A stretch of 64,000 nucleotides of DNA from an uncultured Vicinamibacteraceae bacterium (lineage in GTDB: Bacteria; Acidobacteriota; Vicinamibacteria; Vicinamibacterales; UBA8438): assembly GCA_964624855.1 (NCBI GenBank), contig CAZUZW010000001.1:13675-77674 (forward strand), read 5' to 3'. Each line of letters starts with the position of its first letter. Positions within the stretch are counted from its first letter, which is position 1. Shown here in pieces: positions 48,018 to 58,674 of this stretch. The translations under genes were made by a program, and so were the position numbers. The notes under the pieces were generated by a model. The model saw only the letters and a program-made list of their open reading frames with translations. It was not told the DNA's origin and did no database searches.

Positions 48018-49757
48018 TCATCCACGGGGCTTCTTGCCGGGGTTTTGATATTTCTCTAGTAGTCTGAGCGGTTGTGGACGAAAGGCATCACGTCGGAACG
48101 GCTCTGAGAGGTCTCGTGTCAGGTGTAATTCCAAGACTGTTGGCATGTTGGAGGCAACGGCTGCTTTGAGGGCGTCACCCACTTGGTCGGCATGACCGAC
48201 AGATATACCGGATGCACCCATGGCACGTGCGATTTCGGCAAAGCTCGGATTATCGAGGTCGGTCGCGACGCAGCGACCATCAAAGAAATCCAGTTGGTTT
48301 CGTTGTTCGGCACCCCACTGCTGATTTTCGAAGACTACAGCCACGACCGGAATCTGCTCACGCACACAGGTCATCACTTCGGTCAGACTCATGCCCCATG
48401 CCCCATCACCAACATAGGCAATAGCCGGTCGGTCCGGCTGTCCCACCTTGGCACCCATGGCGGCGGGCATCGCGTAGCCACAATTTCCCCAACTCATGGC
48501 GGCGAGAAAACTTTTGGGTTCTTCGAAGTTTAGGTAACTATTCGACACTGAGCAGACATTGCCAATGTCGGTTGAGACCATGGCGCGTGCCGGCATAGCC
48601 TTGGCGAGCTCCGTCAGTGCGGTTCTCGGATCGATCCGCTCGGCATCGGAATCAGGCGACTTGGCTTTATCTGCGAGTTCTCCAGCCCATAGAATCTTCT
48701 GTTTTATGATTTTTTGAAGACGGTCGGTGTGTGTCTCTGGGGAAGCGTGGAGAGATTGTAGACGGCCGTGCAGCGCGTTGGCAGCCAACGCTGCGTCGCC
48801 ACAAATACCTAACTCGATCGGCTTTACTAGTCCGAGCACTCGACTATCTGTGTCAATTTGGATGATCTTGGCAGCAGTTGGCCAGTAATCGATTCCATAT
48901 TGTGGCAGGGTCCCAAATGGGCCGAGTCGAGTGCCGAGGGCCAGAACGACATCAGCTTTGGATAAAAGAGTCATCGCTGCTTTTGATCCTTGGTATCCGA
49001 GTGGTCCACACGCCAAATCATGACTAGCAGGGAAGGCGTCGTTGTGCAAATAGCTCGTGACCACTGGACAGGACAGGTGTTCGGCCAAGGCTGTGAGCGG
49101 CGTCACGCCGTCTGCTATGACCACGCCTCCACCGGCAATGATCACTGGGAATTTTGCGTCGTTGAGCATGGCGGCAGCTTTGTCCAGCGAGTCCGACCCA
49201 CCGGCACTACGCTCAAGTGGTTGCGGTGGGGCGATAGAGGCATCGATCTCACCGTAGAAGTAGTCACGAGGCACGTTGATTTGGACTGGTCCCCGTTCAT
49301 GCAAAGCAATGGTCATGGCCCGATGGGTCAGTTCGGCGATTCGAGCAGGCGAATTAACATGTGTTTGGTACTTGGTAATCTTTGAAAAGATAGGAAGCTG
49401 GTCTGTCTCTTGAAACCCTCCGAGGCCCGCCGTCATACTTCCGGCTTCGGGAGTGATGGCAACAACAGGAGAGTGGGCCCAGTATGCGGCGGCGATTGCG
49501 GTTACAAAGTTGGTTACGCCTGGTCCATTTTGCGCGACGCAAACGCCGTGCCGACCAGTCTCTCTCGAGTATCCGTCTGCCATGTGCGCAGCGTTCTGTT
49601 CGTGGGCGACCGAGATAAGACGAATACCAGCTGCTGGAAATAGGTCCATGGCATCCATGTAGGCGGATCCAGCAATGCCGAAGATGTCACGTACGCCGTG
49701 AGCTACCAGTGTTTCGACGAAGGCTTCGCTTGGTGTCATTCTTGTGTGGCTACTCAT
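48018..49757 (-). CDS. xsc: Thiamine-diphosphate enzyme, sulfoacetaldehyde acetyltransferase (Xsc)-like
   Basis: There are long blocks matching my recollection of Xsc: FVETLVAHGV..FGI.GSA, NGPGVTNFVTAIAAAYWAHSP, HNDAFPASH...GPLGYQGSKAAM.LLSKADVVLALGTRL.PFGTLPQYGIDYWP and LSEPFRRDA. The TPP motif GDGAWGMS...N is present. Confidence 0.7.
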   Translation of the reverse strand: MSSHTRMTPSEAFVETLVAHGVRDIFGIAGSAYMDAMDLFPAAGIRLISVAHEQNAAHMADGYSRETGRHGVCVAQNGPGVTNFVTAIAAAYWAHSPVVAITPEAGSMTAGLGGFQETDQLPIFSKITKYQTHVNSPARIAELTHRAMTIALHERGPVQINVPRDYFYGEIDASIAPPQPLERSAGGSDSLDKAAAMLNDAKFPVIIAGGGVVIADGVTPLTALAEHLSCPVVTSYLHNDAFPASHDLACGPLGYQGSKAAMTLLSKADVVLALGTRLGPFGTLPQYGIDYWPTAAKIIQIDTDSRVLGLVKPIELGICGDAALAANALHGRLQSLHASPETHTDRLQKIIKQKILWAGELADKAKSPDSDAERIDPRTALTELAKAMPARAMVSTDIGNVCSVSNSYLNFEEPKSFLAAMSWGNCGYAMPAAMGAKVGQPDRPAIAYVGDGAWGMSLTEVMTCVREQIPVVAVVFENQQWGAEQRNQLDFFDGRCVATDLDNPSFAEIARAMGASGISVGHADQVGDALKAAVASNMPTVLELHLTRDLSEPFRRDAFRPQPLRLLEKYQNPGKKPRG

Positions 49758-49980
49758 GGCATACCCTTTGAGTGATTATTTGCCTGCGTTCCGAATCGTA
49801 CTTTTCGTGACACAGTGAGTTGTTAGTTAGCTGAACCATTCTGCAAATTGTGGTGTGTCAAGTTACCATGAATGAACAGCGTCACGTGGCAGGGTGATGG
49901 TGTCCGCAGTGATATCGCTTACCCAGTTCATTTCGTATTGACACATCAATATCGACTAGGTCCAGTAGTATTACCCTTCG

Positions 49981-52380
49981 GTGAGTACGGATTTTCTGAG
50001 AGCGGCGTCCGTTTTTTTGATTATTTTGGTGAGTGTGGTTCACCCAGAGCGGGTGCTCGTTCAATCGGACCAGCCTGTTTCTGATCAACGGAGGCATCCA
50101 CCTGGTACCGTAGCTGAAACCATTAACAGTGACCGGCCCGATGCAAGTCTAGTTGATGGTCCGTCCCCACCAATAGAACCTGATGTCATGCACCGTGACG
50201 ACCAAGGGCGTACAACGGTCCGTGCGATCAAGCTTTCGGCAGGTATTGTGCTGGATGGACGACTAGATGAACCGGTATATCAGAGCATTCCGGCGATCAC
50301 GGACTTTATACAACAGGTGCCGGACCCCGGGGCCGCCGCTACCGAGCGCACCGAAGCATGGATCATGTTCGATGAGACGAATGTCTATGTATCGGCACGT
50401 GTGTGGGATTCGGCGCCCGAGAGCGAGTGGATCGCTAATGAGATGCGGCGTGATACGAGTCAATTGCGACAAAACGATACGTTTACGGCCTTTTTTGACA
50501 CCTTTTATGATCGGCGGAATGGATTTAATTTTTACACCAATCCCCTCGGAGCACGTGCAGACCAGCAGTTCACTAACGAGGGAAATCCCAATTCGGATTG
50601 GAATCCGGTTTGGGATGTACGTACCGGTCGGTTTGAGGGTGGCTGGACGGCAGAGATGGAAATTCCATTCAAGACACTCCGTTATCGGTCTGGGGCGCCC
50701 CAGATTTGGGGTGTGCAACTCCGTCGGTCGATTCGGCGGAAGAACGAATGGGTGTATTTAACCCGCCTCCCGATTTCGGCAGGTGGGGGAAGAGGATCAT
50801 CCGGAATTTTTCGTGTCTCAGCCGCGGGAACATTGGTTGGCATTCAAGTGCCTCCAGTCAGTCGAAATCTTGAAATCAAGCCGTATGGAATTGGAGGTTT
50901 GACGACAGACCGCAGTGCGACACCGACCCTCGAGAATCACGGGTACGGGGAAGTTGGGCTTGACGTGAAGTACGGCATCACCCAGAACCTGACGGCGGAC
51001 TTTACCGTGAACACGGATTTTGCCCAAGTTGAAGTTGATGAGCAGCAGGTCAACCTGACGCGTTTCAGCCTATTTTTTCCTGAGAAACGTGAGTTCTTTC
51101 TGGAAGGCCGTGGCATTTTCGAATTTGCGCGAGGGGGTGTTGGTGGCGGCTTTCGCGGTGGGGCGGGCGGCGTCTTCGGGGGTGTGAATAGCCCGACGTT
51201 GTTTTATAGCCGGCGAATCGGATTGGCTAGTGGTCGGGTTGTACCTATTTTGGGTGGTGGCCGCGTGACTGGGAAGGTCGGGCAGTTTGATGTTGGCGCT
51301 CTGAGTATTCAGACTGGAGACGAGTCCGTCTCTGGAGCAGAATCAACGAACTTTACGGTCCTGCGCCTTAAGCGCGACATCCTCAGGCGCAGCACGGTCG
51401 GCGCCCTTTTTACAAATCGGTCAGTCGCGACTATGGGGCAGGGTAGCAGTCAAACATACGGCCTAGACACTACGTTCGCCTTTTATGAGAACGTCAGCAT
51501 GATTGGCTATGTGGCGCGGACAGAAATGCCAGGATTGGATGGTGAGAACTCGAGCTATCAAGCGCAGTTTGATTATGGTGCGGACCGGTATGGCCTACAG
51601 CTTGATCACTTGGTGATTGAGGACAACTTTGTACCGGATGTTGGGTTCCTTCGGCGGGATAATTTTAGGCGAACGTTTCTTGAGGGTCGTTTCAGTCCGC
51701 GGCCGGAATCAATTGACTTGGTCAGACGATTCAGTCTGACGGGTTCCATTGACTATATTCTGATGGCCAACACGAATGTTCTCGAAACGCGACTGAACCA
51801 AGTTCGGTTCGATACGCAGTTCGAGTCGAGTGATCAACTGTCGGTTACGGTCAACGACAATTATGAACTGCTGCTCAGTTCTTTTTCTCCTGCACCTGAT
51901 GTCAGACTGCCGGTTGGTGGCTACGACTTTACCGATGTGGAGGTGGCGTATGCGATCGGTGAACAGCGGAGGGTGAATGGCCAACTATCCGTCCAGCGAG
52001 GCGGCTATTTTAATGGCGACATTACGGCGTTTGCGTTTCGTCAGGGACGGGTTGCCGTGCTGCCGCAACTGTCGATTGAGCCGAGTATTTCGGTCAATTG
52101 GATTGACACCCCGGGGGGATCATTTCGAACAGATCTCCTAGTGACCCGGCTAAACTACGCCTTCAATCCTAGGATGTTTTTTAGCGGTCTCATTCAATAC
52201 AATTCGGCGAATGATACGGTGAGTAATAATCTTAGATTTCGTTGGGAATACAGTCCGGGTAGCGAGTTGTTTGTCGTCTACACCGAAGACCACACGACGA
52301 CGCCCCTTCGGCCCAATCGCGTTACCGACCTACGAAATCGTGGCTTGGTGATTAAATTTAACCGTCTGTTTCGCTATTAA
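49981..52380 (+). CDS. CBM9-like + DUF5916 outer-membrane protein
   Basis: GTG start and signal peptide. The N-terminal block GIVLDGRLDEPVYQSIPAITDFIQQVPD...TEAWIMFDETNVYVSARVWD is typical of CBM9/DUF5916 proteins. A beta-barrel-like C-terminus ends in NRLFRY. Confidence 0.6.
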   Translation: MSTDFLRAASVFLIILVSVVHPERVLVQSDQPVSDQRRHPPGTVAETINSDRPDASLVDGPSPPIEPDVMHRDDQGRTTVRAIKLSAGIVLDGRLDEPVYQSIPAITDFIQQVPDPGAAATERTEAWIMFDETNVYVSARVWDSAPESEWIANEMRRDTSQLRQNDTFTAFFDTFYDRRNGFNFYTNPLGARADQQFTNEGNPNSDWNPVWDVRTGRFEGGWTAEMEIPFKTLRYRSGAPQIWGVQLRRSIRRKNEWVYLTRLPISAGGGRGSSGIFRVSAAGTLVGIQVPPVSRNLEIKPYGIGGLTTDRSATPTLENHGYGEVGLDVKYGITQNLTADFTVNTDFAQVEVDEQQVNLTRFSLFFPEKREFFLEGRGIFEFARGGVGGGFRGGAGGVFGGVNSPTLFYSRRIGLASGRVVPILGGGRVTGKVGQFDVGALSIQTGDESVSGAESTNFTVLRLKRDILRRSTVGALFTNRSVATMGQGSSQTYGLDTTFAFYENVSMIGYVARTEMPGLDGENSSYQAQFDYGADRYGLQLDHLVIEDNFVPDVGFLRRDNFRRTFLEGRFSPRPESIDLVRRFSLTGSIDYILMANTNVLETRLNQVRFDTQFESSDQLSVTVNDNYELLLSSFSPAPDVRLPVGGYDFTDVEVAYAIGEQRRVNGQLSVQRGGYFNGDITAFAFRQGRVAVLPQLSIEPSISVNWIDTPGGSFRTDLLVTRLNYAFNPRMFFSGLIQYNSANDTVSNNLRFRWEYSPGSELFVVYTEDHTTTPLRPNRVTDLRNRGLVIKFNRLFRY

Positions 52381-52485
52381 TTTACATTGAGGGGTCAGGT
52401 TTTTTCCGGTCTTTTCGGATGATGCCACCTGCTAAGATCGGGGGCAAATAAACGCAGGGTTACCTCAACATATTAGGAGGATACT

Positions 52486-52848
52486 TTGGACTTGACCACA
52501 CCAACCGGTGAAGGCACTGTCACCATTACAACTGTGACCGTTGATGCCAGTGGAACGTCACTCAATTGTGAGGGTGATGTCGGGAAATACGGCAGAGTGT
52601 TTGTAACTCTGGACCTGACGGCCAGTGACGAAGCGCGTGAAGCTGGAGAACTTGAAGGTAATGCGCGAACTATTACTGACGATGGCACTATGATTACGGC
52701 CACCTTGGCCGGTTCGTGGAGACGAGACAAACAACAATTAAAAGTCTTCTTTGTAGACAACTGCAGTAATGGGGACCAAAATTTCGTCACGTGGGACATC
52801 GATATTGCGAATAAATCAGCTGCAATCAAGTTTTATTCGACTCTTTAA
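52486..52848 (+). CDS. Small (120 aa) cytoplasmic beta-rich protein, unknown function
   Basis: TTG start 5 nt after a strong SD TAGGAGGA (52474-52481). No signal peptide. Confidence 0.5.
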   Translation: MDLTTPTGEGTVTITTVTVDASGTSLNCEGDVGKYGRVFVTLDLTASDEAREAGELEGNARTITDDGTMITATLAGSWRRDKQQLKVFFVDNCSNGDQNFVTWDIDIANKSAAIKFYSTL

Positions 52849-52881
52849 GAAACTACTCAACCGAACTGTCTAGGAAGACAT

Positions 52882-53703
52882 ATGCGTGCACAGCGATTGT
52901 TATTCCTTTTGATCATCGGATTGTTTGTAGTCGAGAGTCCTGGGATGGGCGTCGGGTTATCAGCCGATGACGCCGCGGGGCGCTCACTGATCCTAAAGGC
53001 GCTGGAACGGTTTGCCTGGTACGACGAGCAGTATTTCGGGAGCCGCCGCCGGAGCTTGATGACTCGAGAGGTACGCCGTTTCGACGGCGATGGTGAGGTG
53101 GAAGAAAGCGATCAAGGGGACTACGAGGTCTTTCCTATTGACGGGGCTCCTTACAACCGCCGTCTCACAATAAACGGGCGTTCGTTGAGCGACGAGGAAC
53201 AGGGGTGGGAAGCTGAGCGAGAGGCCGAATTCCGTGAAGAACTCCAGCGAATCCGGAATGAGGAGAACGAGCCGGACGAGGACGAGGACGAAGTCGTTTT
53301 TAACGAACAGTTGATGGAACGGTATGTGTTTACGTTGGTCGGTGAAGAAACGTGGCGGAATCGTGTAACCCATCGGATCTCGTTCCAACCACGACAGGGT
53401 GATCTTCCGGTCAGGCGGAACATCGACCATGCCCTCAATAACACACAAGGCCAGGTGTGGGTCGATGCCGAGACTTTCGAGGTAGCCCGTATGGAGTTTG
53501 AGTTGATTGACCGGGTGCCTCTTTGGTGGGGAGTCCTTGGCACGATCTACGAGGCTCGGGGTTCGCTGGACCGGTCACCGGTAATCGATGACACCTGGGG
53601 TCAGATTCAGTACGAGACCTATAGCGACATTCGCGTGCTGTTCAAACGTACGCGCCGCGCCGAATTACAGCAGTGGCGTCAGTTCGAGTTGATCGAGGAG
53701 TAG
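52882..53703 (+). CDS. Secreted protein with an acidic linker, unknown function (LolA-like fold guess)
   Basis: Signal peptide LLFLLIIGLFVVESPG, an acidic run NEENEPDEDEDE, and SD AGGAAG. It starts 33 nt after the previous gene. Confidence 0.55.
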   Translation: MRAQRLLFLLIIGLFVVESPGMGVGLSADDAAGRSLILKALERFAWYDEQYFGSRRRSLMTREVRRFDGDGEVEESDQGDYEVFPIDGAPYNRRLTINGRSLSDEEQGWEAEREAEFREELQRIRNEENEPDEDEDEVVFNEQLMERYVFTLVGEETWRNRVTHRISFQPRQGDLPVRRNIDHALNNTQGQVWVDAETFEVARMEFELIDRVPLWWGVLGTIYEARGSLDRSPVIDDTWGQIQYETYSDIRVLFKRTRRAELQQWRQFELIEE

Positions 53704-53725
53704 ACGTCTCCAAGGAGTCGGCCTA

Positions 53726-54652
53726 ATGCTTCCTGTTCGTCTTGTGTTTGTGGCGTTATTACTTTTTCCATTTGTCCAAGATAGTGGACCTGCCTTTTTA
53801 AGATGGAGCGCAGAAGACCTATCGGAGCGGAATGTCGCCCTGTCGACACAGATGCGTTCTGATCAGTCCGCCCGAGAGACTCTAGCGGAGTACGGTAACC
53901 CGACTGGTGCGCATCGAATCCGTTTTATTCGACGCGATGCGGACGGTGTTCCTGAACAACATGTGGCTATTGAAGATGTGGTCTTCGTGCAAAGCGGTGC
54001 GGGTAGGGTGGTCGTCGGCGGCGAACTAATTGGTCAAACTGGAGGGTCCGGTGAGTACAGGGGGACGGACATTGAAGGAGGCCTAGAGTATGCCGTCGGT
54101 GCCGGTGATGTAATTCATATTCCCGCGAATGTTCCACATCGTTATCTCGTACCCGATGGTGGGCATGTGACGTATGTACTAGTCAGGTTGCCGGCATTGA
54201 CTGAGGCGGTTGTACCCGACGATGCACCGGTACTGACGTTCGATCCTCCAGGATTTGCCATTTGGAGCGAATCAGAACTTCAGAAGCGGCATGTGGCGCT
54301 GACCGGTCAGCTTCGTTCGGATCGTTCCGCGCGGGAGACGTTAGCGGATTTTGGGAGTCCAACGCGGTCGCATCGATTTCGCTACATCCACCGGGATGCG
54401 GAGGGTGTCCCAGAAATTCATGACGAGATTATCGACCTTGTTTTTGTGAAGAGTGGTGCGGGCATGGTGGTGGTCGGTGGTGAGATGCTGAACCGCCGTG
54501 GCAGTCTCGGGAGTGGTATTGCTGGCGGCATTGAGTATCCTGTCGCTGCCGGAGACGTACTACACATTCCAGCCAAGACCCCTCATGGCTATCTAATTCC
54601 AGACGGTGGTCACATTACTTATGTGCTCGTCCGGGTTCCTGCGTTCGGTTGA
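53726..54652 (+). CDS. Secreted bicupin (two tandem cupin-like domains)
   Basis: Signal peptide and SD AAGGAG. There are two copies of a module of about 130 aa, each ending GDV(I/L)HIPA..PH.YL.PDGGH.TYVLVR.PA. Confidence 0.65.
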   Translation: MLPVRLVFVALLLFPFVQDSGPAFLRWSAEDLSERNVALSTQMRSDQSARETLAEYGNPTGAHRIRFIRRDADGVPEQHVAIEDVVFVQSGAGRVVVGGELIGQTGGSGEYRGTDIEGGLEYAVGAGDVIHIPANVPHRYLVPDGGHVTYVLVRLPALTEAVVPDDAPVLTFDPPGFAIWSESELQKRHVALTGQLRSDRSARETLADFGSPTRSHRFRYIHRDAEGVPEIHDEIIDLVFVKSGAGMVVVGGEMLNRRGSLGSGIAGGIEYPVAAGDVLHIPAKTPHGYLIPDGGHITYVLVRVPAFG

Positions 54653-54663
54653 TGACTCATGAT

Positions 54664-54689
54664 TCGATGAAAGAAAACTTTTCATTCGA
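54664..54689. terminator. AT-rich imperfect hairpin between convergent bicupin and ytxJ genes
   Basis: TCGATGAAA-gaaaac-TTT(T)CAT(T)CGA: 9 bp with two single-T bulges. Confidence 0.3.
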
Positions 54690-54723
54690 CTAGAGTGATG
54701 TCTTGGTGTTGGATTAAGTGTTG

Positions 54724-55077
54724 CTAAGAGGAGTGCTGCTCGATAGCGTTGTTAATGGCGTCGGCGGTAACACCGAAATGGGACGCCTCCCACATGACAC
54801 GTCCTTCTTGAATTAATAGCACCTGCGGCGTTTCATGTCGCACATTGAAGTGTGTCTCGATGGCATCTGAAACGTTACGATGGGTTTGCACAGTAACGAT
54901 GCCGTATTGGGTGGTGTGTTGGTCTTCACTAAGATGTGCGACGAGTTCGTCGTGGGCTTGTGCACTGGTACCGCACGTGACACTGTGCTTGAACAACAAG
55001 ACTAAGTGCTCTCCTGAGGTCGCAATGATACGGTCGAGTGCATCAATGCTGTCGAGAACGATCAAATTTGAACCCAT
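54724..55077 (-). CDS. ytxJ: Bacillithiol-system redox-active protein YtxJ family (monothiol thioredoxin-like)
   Basis: LVLLFKHSVTCGTSAQA...RNVSDAI...HETPQVLLIQEGRVMWEASHFGVTADAI parallels B. subtilis YtxJ (LLFKHSTTCPISA...HESPQ...W.ASH..IT.DA). ATG at 55077 gives 117 aa; the track start adds 44 aa. Confidence 0.75.
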   Translation of the reverse strand: MGSNLIVLDSIDALDRIIATSGEHLVLLFKHSVTCGTSAQAHDELVAHLSEDQHTTQYGIVTVQTHRNVSDAIETHFNVRHETPQVLLIQEGRVMWEASHFGVTADAINNAIEQHSS

Positions 55078-55150
55078 GACGGAAGTGTAGCAGTGGTCAA
55101 CCCCCACCGGAGGTGATTCAAGGGGCACTCTCACGGGCTTCTGCTTCAAT

Positions 55151-55196
55151 TTGCAAGTGTTTTCGCCGTATCCTTGTATACAGGATAGGTTGCAAG
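55151..55196. promoter_or_regulatory. Candidate operator in the ytxJ-katG divergent intergenic region
   Basis: Inverted repeat ATCCT-TGTATAC-AGGAT (55170-55186), flanked by two TTGCAAG copies (55151-55157 and 55190-55196). Confidence 0.3.
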
Positions 55197-55222
55197 AAAT
55201 ATAGAACACGATTGGAGAGTAG

Positions 55223-57421
<2,199 letters not shown>

Positions 57422-57476
57422 TTCCAAACAGGTCCTTGTAACGGTTGCCTGAGAGCTGGCGGCGTCTAGTTAATGT

Positions 57477-57508
57477 AAAGAAGGCCGATTGTCGGATCGG
57501 CCTTCTTT
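57477..57508. terminator. Strong (bidirectional) intrinsic terminator after katG
   Basis: AAAGAAGGCCGAT-tgtcgg-ATCGGCCTTCTTT is a perfect 13-bp stem whose distal arms are A- and T-rich. Confidence 0.7.
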
Positions 57509-57597
57509 GCATTACGCATTGAATATTTGACTACAACTAGACGCAAGAGCAAGTTAGGTGAACGGCGTTGCTAGCTTTGGTGCGGGCTTAACCATTT

Positions 57598-58497
57598 ATG
57601 ACTGGGTATACGAACGTACTGCTCGCGACCGTGATGTTCCTTGGGTCTGGCCTGTGGACCAATCAGGGACTGACTCTTATTGAGGTCTTGTCGCGCTCGA
57701 CGGAGTCTGTAGATTCGCTACACCTGCAGTTGCAAGGTGTTGTCATGGAAGAGCGGTATGAGCAGCGTGTCAGCTCACGAGGGACCGGTGGGTTTGGTGG
57801 GTTCCAGAGCGACGGGTATGAACGTATTACATTGAGGTCAGATTACCTGTTGGTTCAACCAGAGGGTGCGGAGCGACATTTTGGCTTTCGTGATGTGTTT
57901 GAAACGGATGGTCGACCGGTGCGCGATCGAGAAGACCGGCTTACGCGGTTATTTCTGAGTGACACGCCGTCAGCCGAGCGTCAAATTCAGGGTATTTTGT
58001 CGGAGAGTGCTCGGTACAACCTTGGTGATATAGAACGAACTATCAATACGCCGACGCTCGCTTTGCTGTTTCTTAGCTCTGACTACAAACCACGATTCTC
58101 ATTTAAGCGGGGAGTGAGCGAGTCGGCGTCTCTTGGTATGGATTTTCCGGAGATGGATAACGCTGAGGATGTCTGGGTTGTTGAGTATGTCGAAACGTGG
58201 CCGTGGACAGTTGTGAGTGGGCGTAATGGTCGGAATATGCCTGCTCAGGGTCGGTTTTGGATCGAATCCAGGACGGGCGGCGTGTTGATGAGCGAAGTAC
58301 GATTTGAGGCGCGTGACTTTAATGCGACTATCGTTGTCGCGTACGAATTCAACTCTGAGCTGGGCCACGCGGTGCCTACGGAAATGCGAGAACGGTATCA
58401 AACGCGGAGCGGTTCTCGGATTGATGGCACAGCCACCTACACCGACGTTAAACGGTTTGAAGTGCAGGTTGACGTAGCGGAACCGTTTCGTGAGTAA
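57598..58497 (+). CDS. Probable secreted protein, unknown function
   Basis: Hydrophobic N-terminus VLLATVMFLGSGLW. No recognisable family and no clear SD. Confidence 0.45.
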   Translation: MTGYTNVLLATVMFLGSGLWTNQGLTLIEVLSRSTESVDSLHLQLQGVVMEERYEQRVSSRGTGGFGGFQSDGYERITLRSDYLLVQPEGAERHFGFRDVFETDGRPVRDREDRLTRLFLSDTPSAERQIQGILSESARYNLGDIERTINTPTLALLFLSSDYKPRFSFKRGVSESASLGMDFPEMDNAEDVWVVEYVETWPWTVVSGRNGRNMPAQGRFWIESRTGGVLMSEVRFEARDFNATIVVAYEFNSELGHAVPTEMRERYQTRSGSRIDGTATYTDVKRFEVQVDVAEPFRE

Positions 58498-58674
58498 CTC
58501 CTCGCCGCGGGGCTGGTTGGTGGTTCAACGGTTCGTGCCCATCGCGGTAGCCGGTCAGAACTCCTGAATGGAGCACCATCATTTCCAATAAACCCATTTC
58601 TGTTCCCTCCGAAAAGTGGCACAATGCCTCGATATGGAGGCGTTTACGGGACGAAGTCTCAAGGAGGGTGCAAA

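Noticed and set aside
58617-58632. TGGCAC sequence upstream of the PQQ dehydrogenase, resembling a sigma54 -24 element.
   Set aside because: The required GC (-12 TTGC) is not at the GG-N10-GC spacing, since the sequence reads TGGCACAATGCCTCGA.
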